DNA of 64,000 nucleotides from the human T2T-CHM13v2.0 reference genome, Homo sapiens, in NCBI RefSeq assembly GCF_009914755.1, contig NC_060927.1; one strand, given 5' to 3'. Positions 13,041 through 25,439 of the stretch are shown one piece after another (the stretch's first letter is position 1; every line of letters begins with the position of its first letter). The notes under the pieces were generated by a model. That model made no database searches. It was not told the origin of the DNA and was given only the letters and a program-made list of their open reading frames with translations. A program made the position numbers and the translations under genes.

Positions 13041-13859
13041 GACGGATTTAATGTGTCGAGTGTGATTTACATTATGGTATAGCTCCTATAGGCAGTATTT
13101 GCTGACGGATTTAATGTGTCGAGTGTGATTTACATTATGGTATAGCTCCTATAGGCAGTATTTGCTGACGGATTTAATGTGTCGAGTGTGATTTACATTA
13201 TGGTATAGCTCCTATAGGCAGTATTTGCTGACGGATTTAATGTGTCGAGTGTGTTTTGCATTATGGTATAGCTCCTATAGGCAGTATTTGCTGACGGATT
13301 TAATGTGTCGAGTGTGATTTACATTATGGTATAGCTCCTATAGGCAGTATTTGCTGACGGATTTAATGTGTCGAGTGTGATTTGCATTATGGTATAGCTC
13401 CTATAGGCAGTATTTGCTGACGGATTTAATGTGTCGAGTGTGATTTGCATTATGGTATAGCTCCTATAGGCAGTATTTGCTGACGGATTTAATGTGTCGA
13501 GTGTGATTTGCATTATGGTATAGCTCCTATAGGCAGTATTTGCTGACGGATTTAATGTGTCGAGTGTGATTTACATTATGGTATAGCTCCTATAGGCAGT
13601 ATTTGCTGACGGATTTAATGTGTCGAGTGTGATTTACATTATGGTATAGCTCCTATAGGCAGTATTTGCTGACGGATTTAATGTGTCGAGTGTGATTTAC
13701 ATTATGGTATAGCTCCTATAGGCAGTATTTGCTGATGGATTTAATGTGTCGAGTGTGATTTACATTATGGTATAGCTCCTATAGGCAGTATTTGCTGACG
13801 GATTTAATGTGTCGAGTGTGATTTACATTATGGTATAGCTCCTATAGGCAGTATTTGCT
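13041..13859. repeat. Minisatellite/VNTR, 13 x 63 bp
   Basis: Unit GACGGATTTAATGTGTCGAGTGTGATTTACATTATGGTATAGCTCCTATAGGCAGTATTTGCT; near-identical copies starting every 63 nt from 13041 to 13797. Confidence 0.98.
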
Positions 13860-14019
13860 TAGCCGGTAGTTGTGTCATTTATTATTGTAAAGAGTAGAAA
13901 TGAATATTCTAACATTAGGACATTGCAATGGAGCCGTAAATAATTGGGGTCCCAAAAATATAGAACACAGTTCTCCATTATAATATACCCTTTCATATTT
14001 AAAGAATTAATCAAGTATA

Positions 14020-14238
14020 CAATTGGCCTTCCATAGCCACAGGTTCTGCATCTTTGTATTCATTCAATAGTGAATCAAAAATATTCAGAGGAAAAATAAT
14101 AAAAAATAATATAAACCTAAAAATGAAGTATAGCAACTATTCACTTAGCATTTACATTGCATGAGGTATTATAAGTAATCTACTGATGATTTAAAGTATA
14201 TGGGAGGATGTGCATAGGTTCTATGCAAATACTATGCA
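14020..14238. mobile_element. MER2 (TcMar-Tigger) fragment
   Basis: TA|caattggccttcc...tagcatttacattg...gtattataagtaatcta...gggaggatgtgcatagg; truncated at the L1. Confidence 0.8.
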
Positions 14239-14239
14239 A

Positions 14240-15005
14240 GTTTTTAAAAACCTTCAAGTTTAGGGGTACATGTACAGGTTTGTTATATAGGTAAACTTGT
14301 GTCATGGGGGTTTGTTTTACAGATTATTTTGTCACCCAGGTATTAAGCCTAGTACCCATTATTTTTTTTTTTCGAATCTTCCTCCTCCACCCACCCCCCT
14401 CTCTCTGATAGGCCCCAGTGTGTGTTGTTTCCCTCTATGTGTTCATATGTTCTCATCATTTAGTTCCCACTTATAAATGAGAATATGAGATATTTGGTTT
14501 TCTGTTCCTGCATTAGTTTGTTAAAGATAATGATCTCCAGCTCCATTCATTTTCCTGCAAAGGACATGATCTTGTTATTTTTCATGGCTGCATAGCATTT
14601 CATGGTGTATATATACTACATTTTATTTATCCAGTCTACCATTGGTGGTCACTTATTTTGATTCTATGTCTTTTGCTATTGTGAATAGTGCTGTAGTGAA
14701 CAAATGCATGCATGTGTTCATGAAATAATGCTGTAATAAACATATGCATGCCCGTTCCTGTGTCTAGAATGGTATTGCCTAGGTCGTCTTCCAGGGTTTT
14801 ATAGTTTTGGGTTTTATATTTAAGTCTTTGATCCATCTTGAGTTGATTTTTGTATATGATTTAAGGAAGGTGTCCAGTTTGAATCTTCTGCATATGGCTA
14901 GCCAATTATCCCAGCACCATTTATTGAATAGGGGTGATTACTCAAAGACCTAAAAACAGAACTACCATTCAACTCAGCAGTCCCATTACTGGGTATGTAC
15001 CCAAG
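14240..15005 (-). mobile_element. Rearranged L1PA (old primate) 3' fragment
   Basis: Antisense 3'UTR/ORF2 end to ~14750, jump to an upstream ORF2 piece (14751-14934), then a sense-oriented piece (14935-15005). Confidence 0.85.
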
Positions 15006-15007
15006 TG

Positions 15008-15675
15008 CTTCTCAGTTCCTCCCACTTCCTCTTAAGTGGGATAGGATGCCTGGAGACACCTGGAATTGAGTATTTCCCTTTTCCCACATGGAGGGCTACA
15101 GGGTACTGAAAGTGGTTATTTCCCTTCTCCCAGGTCAGTTAGGCTCTGATAAAACCTCAGAGGTTAGGCTCTGGTTAAATAGTTTCTCCTAAGGATATAC
15201 ATTGTTGAGAAGAGCAGAATGCTCTATCTAGCGTATTTCAAAATCATTCCTTTTCTTCTCCCTCTTGGAGCATGAGCAGGTTTTTCTTCAGTTTTCACTG
15301 TGAGACCCTGATAGAGCTCCATTAAAATGTATGGGGCCCCTCGATGGCTGGGTCCCCCTAGTGCTTTTAAAACCTCAAACTTGTCCACATTGACCCTCTT
15401 AAAATTTGTCAATTACGCTTTAGGTTTTCCTACTCCACTAGTTCTTGGGGAAGTTTCTGCGTGTGAATTTCCACTCTGGTAAATTGCGGTTTTCCATATG
15501 TACCTGTCTTTCTCTCCGCTTTTGGGGGCAGAATTTTGCCATGCATGTGATGTCACTTCTCTGATGGATCTAAGAGGAGTTGTTGATTTTTCAGTTTGTT
15601 CTGCTTTTTACTCTTTGTTAGGATGGAGTGGTGACTTCTAAGCTCCTTACATGCTGGGTAAGAAATTAGAAGTCC
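15008..15675 (-). mobile_element. Ancient L1 5' end (L1MCa-like)
   Basis: ctctgatggatctaagaggagttgttgatttttcagtttgttc...gttaggatggagtggtgacttctaagctccttacatgc. Confidence 0.7.
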
Positions 15676-15747
15676 CCTTTCCTTTTTTCTTTTTAAACTT
15701 GACTATACAATAGTTAATTAGTTATATCACTGAAATTTTTAGCCACT

Positions 15748-16261
15748 TGTGGTGGACATTAGATGTTCTGTCCATATAATACTCCTTCTCTCATTTTCTG
15801 AGAAAACCAGCACTCCAAAAACCACATACATATGAATACCTAGGTTTATCCATGTGGCCTAAACAAGAGCTGCCACCTTCTTATGCCCAACTTTTGGCCA
15901 TAGTCATTAATTCATGATCCAAGCTGTGTCTATCAGAGGCCTTTTTTGGTGTTTTTTTAAACAGGTGCTAGGGAATGGTAGATGTTGCAAATTTCTCTCT
16001 GGTCCTGATGCTTAGACGATGGAAGCTGATAAGCTGTTGGTGGCTGTGTCTCTGGTAGCATAGACAAAATCAGTATGTAATAGTTACAAATAGTACCAAC
16101 CCAAAGGAGAAACATAGAAAGTCCTGGCAGTATTTGTGTCATTCTGGAGGCTAGCTCTATCATTCTTTTCCATAGTTTGTTCATATGAGCCAAAGCCAAT
16201 TCTTTGTCTAAGCTAGATGGATCATATGTCATTTGCAACCTAGATGTCTCTAATTAATACA
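15748..16261 (+). mobile_element. Ancient ERVL/MaLR LTR (LTR16/LTR33/MLT1-like)
   Basis: TGTGGTGG start; gtcatttgcaacc...taattaataCA end. Confidence 0.5.
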
Positions 16262-16279
16262 TCACTGTACTTATTTGAC

Positions 16280-17040
16280 TTCAATAATTTAGTTCAATAA
16301 TTATTATTAATGCCCATTATTTCAAAGAATCTCCTAGGTATTCATGGAATTCAGAGAAAAGTAATACTTGGGCTTTGGTCTAATAGAGCATGAAGTCTAG
16401 AAGAGGAGATTAGTTGAGTCCACAAACCTAGAATACTTTGATGTCACGTGAAGTATACAAGAAAAATTATAAAATAGTTAACAGAGAGAGCAACTATGTT
16501 GAGGAAAGTGGGATAGTTTTCATGGAAGAAGTGGCATTTGATATGGATTGGATTTCAGCAGGTAGATGAGGGAGGCATTCCAGTCCCAGAGAAAATAATT
16601 AATAAAGGCATTAAGTTTAGAAAGCATGGAGTAAGAGTGTTTTTTTTTTTTTTAACAATAGTAAGTAGTACAGATTGCTTGTAGGCAGGTAGACGTGTCT
16701 ATGCTAGAATGGGAAGCAATGGCTATATTGTGGAGGTGCTGGAATGCAAAGGCCAATTAGATGTATTTGATTTGGTGACATAAATAGAGAGATTATCTGT
16801 TTTTGAGCATAGAGATGCCATGATCAGAGCTGCATTTCGGGATAGTTTTGCAGTAGTCACCAGGATTTACGTAGCAAGAGCCAATATATAAAAAGATTAG
16901 TTTGGAAGACATTAAAATTGTCAAGTTTATGAGTAATGATGAACTGAAATAGATCTGTGAGAGTTAAATGGAAATGAGATGGATGTCAGGTAGAGACGAT
17001 ACATTGGGAGAAGAATAAATTGGAGATAGCTCAGAAGTTT
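16280..17040 (-). mobile_element. L2 relic
   Basis: Purine-rich L2-type sequence: gaagaagtggcatttga, gaggcattccag, tttgagcatagagatgccatgatcagagctgcattt. Confidence 0.6.
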
Positions 17041-17189
17041 AGTAATATTAATAATCACTGAAGATTAGAAATATTATCATTCTCCTGCCTTTAGCACCAA
17101 AGTCATATACTGCTTATATATTACTTTACATAAAACACTAAGCTTGGTCCTAATGCAGTTTTCTTCATCACTGCTGTAATCAAAGACCA

Positions 17190-17420
17190 CATAATTTGAA
17201 GTCAGCTTGATCTGGTTTTAAATCCAGATTCAGCTGTTTTATTTAACTGCTTGGATAAGATATTTAACTTTTTTAGATCTCAGTTTTGTCACCTCTAATA
17301 AGAATATGATAGGATTAACCTCTTATGGTGTTCATGAAAATTAAGTGAAATAATATATATAAAGCAACTGAGATAATGCCTAGGATAGAGTGCCTGAGCA
17401 CAAGGTTTCAGTTAATACTT
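17190..17420 (+). mobile_element. MIR relic
   Basis: atctggttttaaatccag...ctcagttttgtcacctctaa...gtgaaataatatatataaagca. Confidence 0.65.
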
Positions 17421-18129
17421 CTTAGTTGTAGGCACTGATGCTTTTAATGTGCTGTACAAGACTTCACAAATCCATAAACTAGTCCTTACTAAGGATGCAG
17501 TATGTAAAAACTCTCTTTTTAACCAAGAAAGGAAGACTTCTCAATTTCATATCTTGGCTATCTGGGATAAGTTCTTAGTTGACTGTTTTTTTTCACAATC
17601 TCATGGAATTCCTCCAAATTTTGTCATATTCACTTTGTCTGCATGACTTGGCTTCCACCTTCATTCCTTGTTTCACAACCTCTATTGGATCTAAACCCTG
17701 TACTAAATCAGCCTACTAAATAAGCGGTTCTCATATCCTGCTTAATTCCTGCCATTCACAGCCACAGACACCCCCCCTAACCTTTGGAAGCTACTCCTCA
17801 TACATTTTTAAACTAGATCATCTAAAATCTTTCCATAGCCACCTATTTGAGCTTTGGTCATAAAACGGCTTATAAACACATGATACCATTGCCCAGTTGT
17901 GAGATTGCAGCATACTCCCCTTTCTAACATGTTATCACCATTGGTATTGATATCGATGTGGATAAAGTGTGCATTTCATTGCCACATTGTATCTGTACTC
18001 TGGATATTGGTCAGCCATTTCTCTACCTCATTGCTGGTTGCTGGCTAAATCTTATCAGATTATGATAATATGATATCTTGGAAATTTTTCAGGCAATATT
18101 TTTTTCTTAAATTCTATATTATTAAACTC

Positions 18130-19512
18130 AGATTTATGGTGAGTTGCTTTTTGACAATGGTGCCAAAACAATTTAATGAGGAAAGAAGAGTCTTTTTAGC
18201 TAATGGTGCTGAGGCAAGTAGATATCAACATGCAGAGAATGAAGTTTTATTCTTACTTCCTACTATATACAAAAACGAACTCAAAATGGACCATAAGCCT
18301 GAATATAAGAGCTAAAGCTATAAAACCTCTTAGAAGAAAATTTATGAATATATCTTCATGACCTTGGGCTCTGTGATGGTTTCTTAAATATGACATCAAT
18401 AGCACAAACAACAAAAGAGAGAATAGATAAATTAGAGTTCATCAAAATAAACATGTTTTGTTTTGCAAATTATACAATAAAAAATGTGGAGGTGACCCAT
18501 AGCATGAGATAAAATGTTAGCAAATTATATCTTTAAGAAGGGACTTGTATCTAAAATATATTAAGGACTCTTAGAACTCAGACTAAAATGAAATAAAAAA
18601 AAGAATCAGAGTAGACATTTCTCAGAAGAAGAAGACATGCATATGGCTAATAAGCACATGAAAAGGTGCTTAACATCATTACACATCAGGGAATTGCATA
18701 TCAAAGCCACAGTGAGAGACTACACCCACTGGGGTGGCAAAAAGTCAGATAATATTGGTGAAGTTGTAGAGAAATGGGAATCCTTATATGTAGCAAGTAT
18801 CGTACCCTTATATGTAACCCTTATAAGTAACCCTTATATGCATCAGCAAGTATTGGTGAAGTTGTAGAGAAATGGGAACGCTTCTATGTAGAGAGGGGAA
18901 TATAAACTGGTCCAGCTGTTTTGGAAAACAGTTGGGCAATTTCTCAAATCGTTAAAAAGACATACCATATGAACCTGATATTCCATTGCTAGCTATATAT
19001 GAAAAAAGAAATGAAAACATATGTCCTCACAAAGTCTTGTACATGAACATTCATAGCAGCATTATTAATAATAGCCAAAAGATGAAAACAACACAATTGT
19101 CCATCAACTGATGAATGCAAGGATAAATAAAATAGTGGTATATCTGTACAATGGAATATTACTTGGCAATAAAAAATGAAGTATTGATACGTATTACAAC
19201 ACAAATGAACCTTAAAAACATGGTACCTGGAAAAAATAGCCACAAAAGATTACATGTTGTGTGATTTCCATTTATATAAAATGTCCAGAATTGGTAAATG
19301 TACAGAGACAGAAAGTAGATTATTGATTTCCTAGGGGAAGGAGAAAGGAGAATGGGAATGACTGTTAATGGGCATGGGGTTTCTTTTTGAAAGAATGAAA
19401 ATGTTTTAAAATTGTGATGATTTTTGCAACCATGTGAATATACTAAAAACCACTGAATCATAGACTTTTAATGGGTGAATTGTGTTGTATGTGAATTAGA
19501 TCTCAATAAAGA
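18130..19512 (+). mobile_element. L1MB-type 3' fragment
   Basis: Decayed ORF2 end plus 3'UTR (aaaaccactgaatc...gtgaattagatctcAATAAA at ~19505). Confidence 0.85.
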
Positions 19513-20931
19513 TCTTTTTTTAAAAAGTCAAGAACTCCTGGTTTCAATTTTAAATGAAAGCGGCAGTGTATAGCTTTCAAAACAAATGGAGCGTGTAGAG
19601 GAGAAAAATCTTAGATGAATTGAAAACAATGGAATGAAGTAAACAAGTAGGGGTGATTTCATTTCCTCTTAGGTGGGAAGAGCCTTTCTATTCAAAGAGC
19701 GCTCCTTTGAAAGCCTTTGGGTATTTTATTGGGTGAAGGAGAAGTTGGTGGGTTTCTATTTCATGACTAGCAAGATAAGCTGGCCAGTTGATCTCTTTGT
19801 ATTTAGACTCATGCTTATAAAATATTTAGTACCACCATCAATTTTAATTAAAACTTATAACGGGGTTTGAATTATGGGATGAAAATGAGAGATAACATAC
19901 TTTAAGAGTATTTTATATGTGTATAAAATACTTATCCAGAGCTATTGTCAGCAAGAATGAGTAAACCATTCTCTGGGAGAACTTAGCCATAAGTGAATCA
20001 CCATATGAGAGAGAACATTGGGACACAATCCTTCAAGAAATTACTTAAATGGAAGAATTACTTTATCAATTTGGGGTGAACACTATGCTCTCTGAAAGTA
20101 CACTATGAACCTCAGATCACCATGACCTGTATTAATATTGCTGGTGTTCTCTATTCAATCCTGTATCATTTTTACCATTATATAAATTACTGAATCTTAT
20201 AACTGCAGGCCATGATTATATAGCCATCTTCCTCATAATCCACAGTGTCTTTTGACCATCCAGAAAAGCAGTAGTCTGAGCAAAAATTGTAGTTCATGGA
20301 AGTGTTGAGTAGTCAAAGCTTCCACTTACTCTCAAGCTGTTCATTTACATAGTTATTTTTTTAAACAAATCGTGTTTAATACTCTTTGGAAGTATTTTAT
20401 ATTGATAGTACTCTGTGAATAATTTATCTTTATTATTGCCAAGTGTTTGATGTCAGCTTACTTGTGCTCCATTGTCAACTCTATGTTTAAATAAATTAAT
20501 TCAATTTAGTATATAGCTAGTTTCCTCAAGAATTAGTCTCAGCTGGTAATTTAAAATGGATGAGCCATCAAAGGAATTCGTTATGTCTTAAATTATCTTC
20601 TGAAATATTGCCATTTTTTTCCAACATTGATGTCGCATCAAATTTTCCTAACATATCATATCATATAGTCTTATGTTCTAATATTTCATGATTACTTCTC
20701 AAAGGAAGTGCTTATATGAATCATTGTCTATCAACGTTTTCCCAAAACTTTTGTTTATTACATCCTGTAGTTAAATGATAAAACCACTTTTGTCAAGAGA
20801 AATGAACTTTTTCAAATGAATGTTTATTTTTTCTCTATCAATAAAGATGATTTTATTGTCTTGATTCTCTTGCTCTTGATGTATTTAAAAAATAGATACA
20901 GTGATGTGTGACTTTAAAATTGATTAGTTCA

Positions 20932-21241
20932 GGCCAGGCACGGTGGCTCATGCCTGTAATCCCAGCACTTTAGGAGGCCAAGGTGGGTGGATCACCTGAG
21001 GTAAGGAGTTCAAGACCAGCCTGGCCAACATGGTGAAACTCTGTCACTATTAAAAATACAAAAATTAGCCGGGTGTGGTGGCGGGTGCCTGTAATCTCAG
21101 CTGCTTGGGAGGCTGAGGCAGGAGAATTGCTGGAACCCAGTTGATGGAGGTTGCGGTGAGCCAAGATCGCATCATTGCACTCTAGCCCAGGCAACAACAG
21201 CAAGACTCCGTCTCAAAAAAAAAAAAGAAAAAAAGAAAAAC
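20932..21241 (+). mobile_element. AluSq/Sp
   Basis: Full-length; 15-bp TSD AAATTGATTAGTTCA at 20917-20931 and 21242-21256. Confidence 0.95.
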
Positions 21242-22080
21242 AAATTGATTAGTTCAGAGAATCTGGACACCATTTACTGGGTGCACAATTAGATGCTTTG
21301 AATTATAGAATTCAATGAGAATTTTTATAAATTAACACATAAATCCTATAACCTGTTGTGATCGGTTTTTTCTAGCACTAAATTTTTGGAAAACAAAGAC
21401 TGCTGGAATATTTAACCTTGATGAATATAATTTTGGAGTAGCATAAGATACTGCCATGAGGGACACCTACTATAGGTATTTTGTGTGTGTGTGTGTGCTG
21501 AAAGCAACATCCACATGCATTTACAACTCCAAAAACAGTGTCTTCAGAGAGTGGATGAAATTTATTTAAGAGTCTGGAAGGTCTATGGTTTTCAGCTGTG
21601 TAAACATTTCCAAATGCAACAGAATGTATATTAATTTCTTCATTTAAATAAATGCTCTTGTATTATTTCTAGATCACTTCCAACAGTGCTCATTACTAAG
21701 ACAAAATAAGACAACATAGAATCAGAGATTTTGATCTTATGAAATTGCAGAGGGAGTCAGTCTGACCACTTTCCTTTTCAAGTGAAGAACTGAAGCACCA
21801 GTTATTTAACCATTGTGCCCAGGGCAAATTCAAAGGTTAATGCCTGAGCCTGGACTAAAATCAATTCAGTTATTCTTCTTTAGCTCCATTTCTTACTGCT
21901 GACTGTAGTGCAAGGATTGGGTTTCAAAACCACTGTTAGAGACTTTAAGGATTTTTTCTTATACAGTGTTTTATAGGTAATAGAAAATATTCTGAAAAAT
22001 CTGGATCATTATGTAGAAACATTCTGAAAACTTTCAAAAACATAACTAGAACCCAGCTTTTTTATTTGAGTGAGGATAGG

Positions 22081-22538
22081 TGTTATGGGCTGGATTATGT
22101 TCTCTCCCAAAAAATTCATGTCGAAATCTTGATATCCAGTACTTCAGAATGTAACCCGATTTGGATACAAGGTATTTTTAGAAGTGATAATGTTAAAATG
22201 ATGTCATTAGAGTGGACACTAATCTAATATGACTGGTGTTCTTACTGAAAGAATAAATTTGCATATAGACACAGACATAGGCATGATTATATAAAGATAC
22301 AGGAAGAAGACAGCCATCTAGTCAAGGAGAGAAACCTGAATTTATATTAATTTCTTCATTTTAAATAAATGCTCATGTTATTTCTGTAACAAATTCAATG
22401 TAAGTTATTCCCCATAGTCCTCAGAAGGAACCACGCTGATAATAGACTTCTAAATTCCATTATGAGAAAATAAATTTCTGTTTTTTAAGCCACACAGTCT
22501 GTGGTAGTTTGTTATGGCAGCCCTGGCAAATTAATACA
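22081..22538 (+). mobile_element. MLT1B-like LTR
   Basis: TGTTATGGGCTG...tttgttatggcagccctggcaaattaataCA; carries a foreign insert at ~22340-22405. Confidence 0.8.
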
Positions 22539-22679
22539 ATGAATTTTCTTTAAATGGATCTAGAGTAGTTAGGAACAAATATATTCTGAAAGGCCTAGAA
22601 AGTAAAAGGGAAAAAAATTCATGTGATTGAACCAATTACATATACAACAGAAGAGGGAACCTAGCTCTTACATATCTTT

Positions 22680-23890
22680 TCATTCATTCATTTCCTTATT
22701 TTCTCAATCAATATGTTTATTATGTATTAAGTATTTTGTTAGGTGCTATGGGCACAAAAATAAATTTAATGTAGTCTATGCCCTTGAAGAGATCAGATTC
22801 TAATGATAGAGATGAACAACTAAACAGATAATTAAAATATTGTTTGAAAAGTGCTGTGATAGAGATACGAACAAGGTGTGCCGGATTAGAGATCAAACAG
22901 TCAACTTCATATGTGTCTGACAAAAAGTTTTTTTGCAGCCTTTGAAGTGCTTTTAAGCCTTGCAGGAAGGTTATCTTCTATGCCAGGTGGAGAAAGTATT
23001 AGGGAGAGTATTTCATGGATTGGGTAGAGTATGTGCTCAAATTTAAGGGAATAATAAAATCAGGTTGCACTTGGGGAAACTTTAAGACTTTAAGGCAGGA
23101 GGTTTAAGGAGCCTGTTGGGAAATGTTAGGTGTCGCTTGGAGATGAGAACCAAAAGACTCTTATTTTAAAGGGAAAATAAGGGTTTACTTGAATGCAGTA
23201 GGAAGTCACTGACAGGTTTTAAGCAGGAGGTGAGAAATAATCAGATTTGCTTTTTACAACATTGATTCTAATGTCATATTAAGGAAAAACTGTAATGGGG
23301 GAGCAGCTAGAAGTAGGGGGAGTTTTCAAACACCGCATGTTCTCACTCATAGGTGGGAATTGAACAATGAGAACACTTGGACACGGGATGGGGAACATCA
23401 CACACCGGGGCCTGTCCTGGGGTGGGGGGAGGGAGGAGGGATAGCATTAGGAGATATAAGTAATGTAAGTGACAAGTTAATGAGTGCAGCACACCAGCAT
23501 GGCACATGTATACATATGTAACAAACCTGCACGTTGTGCACATGTACCCTAGAACTTAAAGTATTAAAAAAAAAAAGAAGTAGGGAGTTTTTAGTTCAGG
23601 CAGAAGGTGACAAGGGCTTATAGCAAGGTAATAGCCATAAGAAAAAGAGGAAGGTATGAATTGGTATTTATGAGATATATTTAATTTGATTGAATTATTC
23701 ATTGGATGTTTTAGGCAATGGAGAGGACAGTTCAATAAGCTTTTTACGTTGGAGGGATAGATTTTAATGCTGCTAATCACAATAGGCAATATGGGAAAAG
23801 AAGCAGGGTTTGCAGGAGAAAGCACTTTATTTAGATTGGGGCATGATCAGTTTGAGGTAATTATGGAATTTTCAGATGGAGAATTTGCTT
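22680..23890 (-). mobile_element. L2 3' fragment interrupted by L1PA
   Basis: cattcattcatt tail, ggttttaagcaggag...atcagatttgc, tttgaggt...tttcagatggaga; ends approximate. Confidence 0.7.
23327..23575 (+). mobile_element. Short 5'-truncated L1PA4/5-like insertion
   Basis: L1PA 3'UTR with poly(A); imperfect TSD AGAAGTAGGG(GG)AGTTTT on both sides. Confidence 0.92.
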
Positions 23891-25439
23891 TGTGCAAATT
23901 TATATTCAGTCCAGTGGCAGCTTGCCCAAGTCAGCAATATGTTATTATACCCCAAAGACCACTGTTAAACCATCTGAAAGTGAATGTAATAGTGTTATTA
24001 ATTTGATGAGAGATTCTTATTCATTAGCCAAAATATCTACTGGAGAAATTTTTTTAAATAACAGCAACACTGAGAGAAAGTCTCCATTATTTATTGAGCA
24101 TATAAAAGTCCTGCCATCTATTTGTAAATTCAGAGCCATTTTAGAATAAATGAAGGATTCAGCAATATGTGTAGAGTTGCTTAAGGAAAGCTTATATTAA
24201 CAAACCAAAAAAAAAAAAAAAAAACAGCCTTACTGCATTCATAAGGGAGGCAATTCTTGAGCAACAATTCTTCCTCATTTGGGAATGATTTGTTAGACGG
24301 CTTATATACCAGTTCAATTCAGTTCAAAAAACATTTAATGGGCATCAAGTATTTACTAGGCTCTGTAAGTAACTACATAGCCCTGTTCTTGAACACGTTT
24401 ATTCCCAAACCTTTTTATGTCCTCTCATTTCTCCCTGAGTATTGTGGCAGACTACTTTTGGTTTCTCACATACCACAAGGGCATGAGCTACTTGTTTTGG
24501 ATATTGTTTCAATTACAAGGCTGCCAGAACACATATATCACACAGGTTATGTTGGAACTTTCCCAACGAAGGGCAATGTAAATGGACTCGTGGAGAGAGC
24601 TTTTTGAGAGGTTCACAGGGGATACTGAATCTTTTAGAAAATCAAGGATTAGGGATTCCAGCTGTATGTCTTTTTCTGTTGCAGTTAAAATTTTTAGTAC
24701 TTAATAGACTTCTTGGTGTGATAGCAAAAAATGAAAAAAATAGCTGAGACTCAAAAGATTCTACTTCTAATTTAGTACTATTGAGCTGTAATTCAATTTC
24801 AGTGGAACTGTTTCCCCATCCATTAAATGAATGACAGGATTAGATCAGTAGTTCTTATGCATGCATACAGAAAACTTTGTATATAATTTCAGGATGTTCA
24901 TACAGCCATTGAAATGCAGCAGCAACCTATGGATCTGTATACACTGAACTCTATGACCTCCTAGGCCTTTCCAGCTAAAATTTTTTGATTGTATGACTGT
25001 GCTCTTGAACTTCAGCACAGCTGAAGTTTGGTTTGGCAGCTGTGCTAGGTGGGGCACCTCTGGCTCTTCCAGGGTGGCTAGTGAACAGTCAGTAGGGCAG
25101 CTGTGTTGATTTGTTCTGTGACCTCATTGAGCATCCGTCACTATTTCCCAGCTCAGTCTGTGCACATACTATCTCTATTGCCTTGAAATTGTTTTTGTTT
25201 GATTTACTATGAATACCCTAGACATATCTTAAAGCACTGAATATGCTAAGGAGAAAATGTAACTTCCATTAGTATTTTGGCTATCTTTGTGTTGACATTA
25301 GATGTTGGTAATATTTTTGGCTCATTTCTTAGATACTTTTGTGGTCATAACTCTAGGGGTTCACTTTTCCTTTGCCCAGATTATAGGACAGTGAATTCTT
25401 TCTGAATGTTAAAGATATGTATTCATTGATGCCAGCTTA

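Noticed and set aside
13041-13859. Regular repeat array as a CRISPR-like locus
   Set aside because: Units are contiguous and near-identical, with no unique spacers and no cas genes; primate context
24257-24607. 116-aa plus-strand ORF
   Set aside because: Non-ATG start, overlaps an L2-like fragment, no recognisable homology
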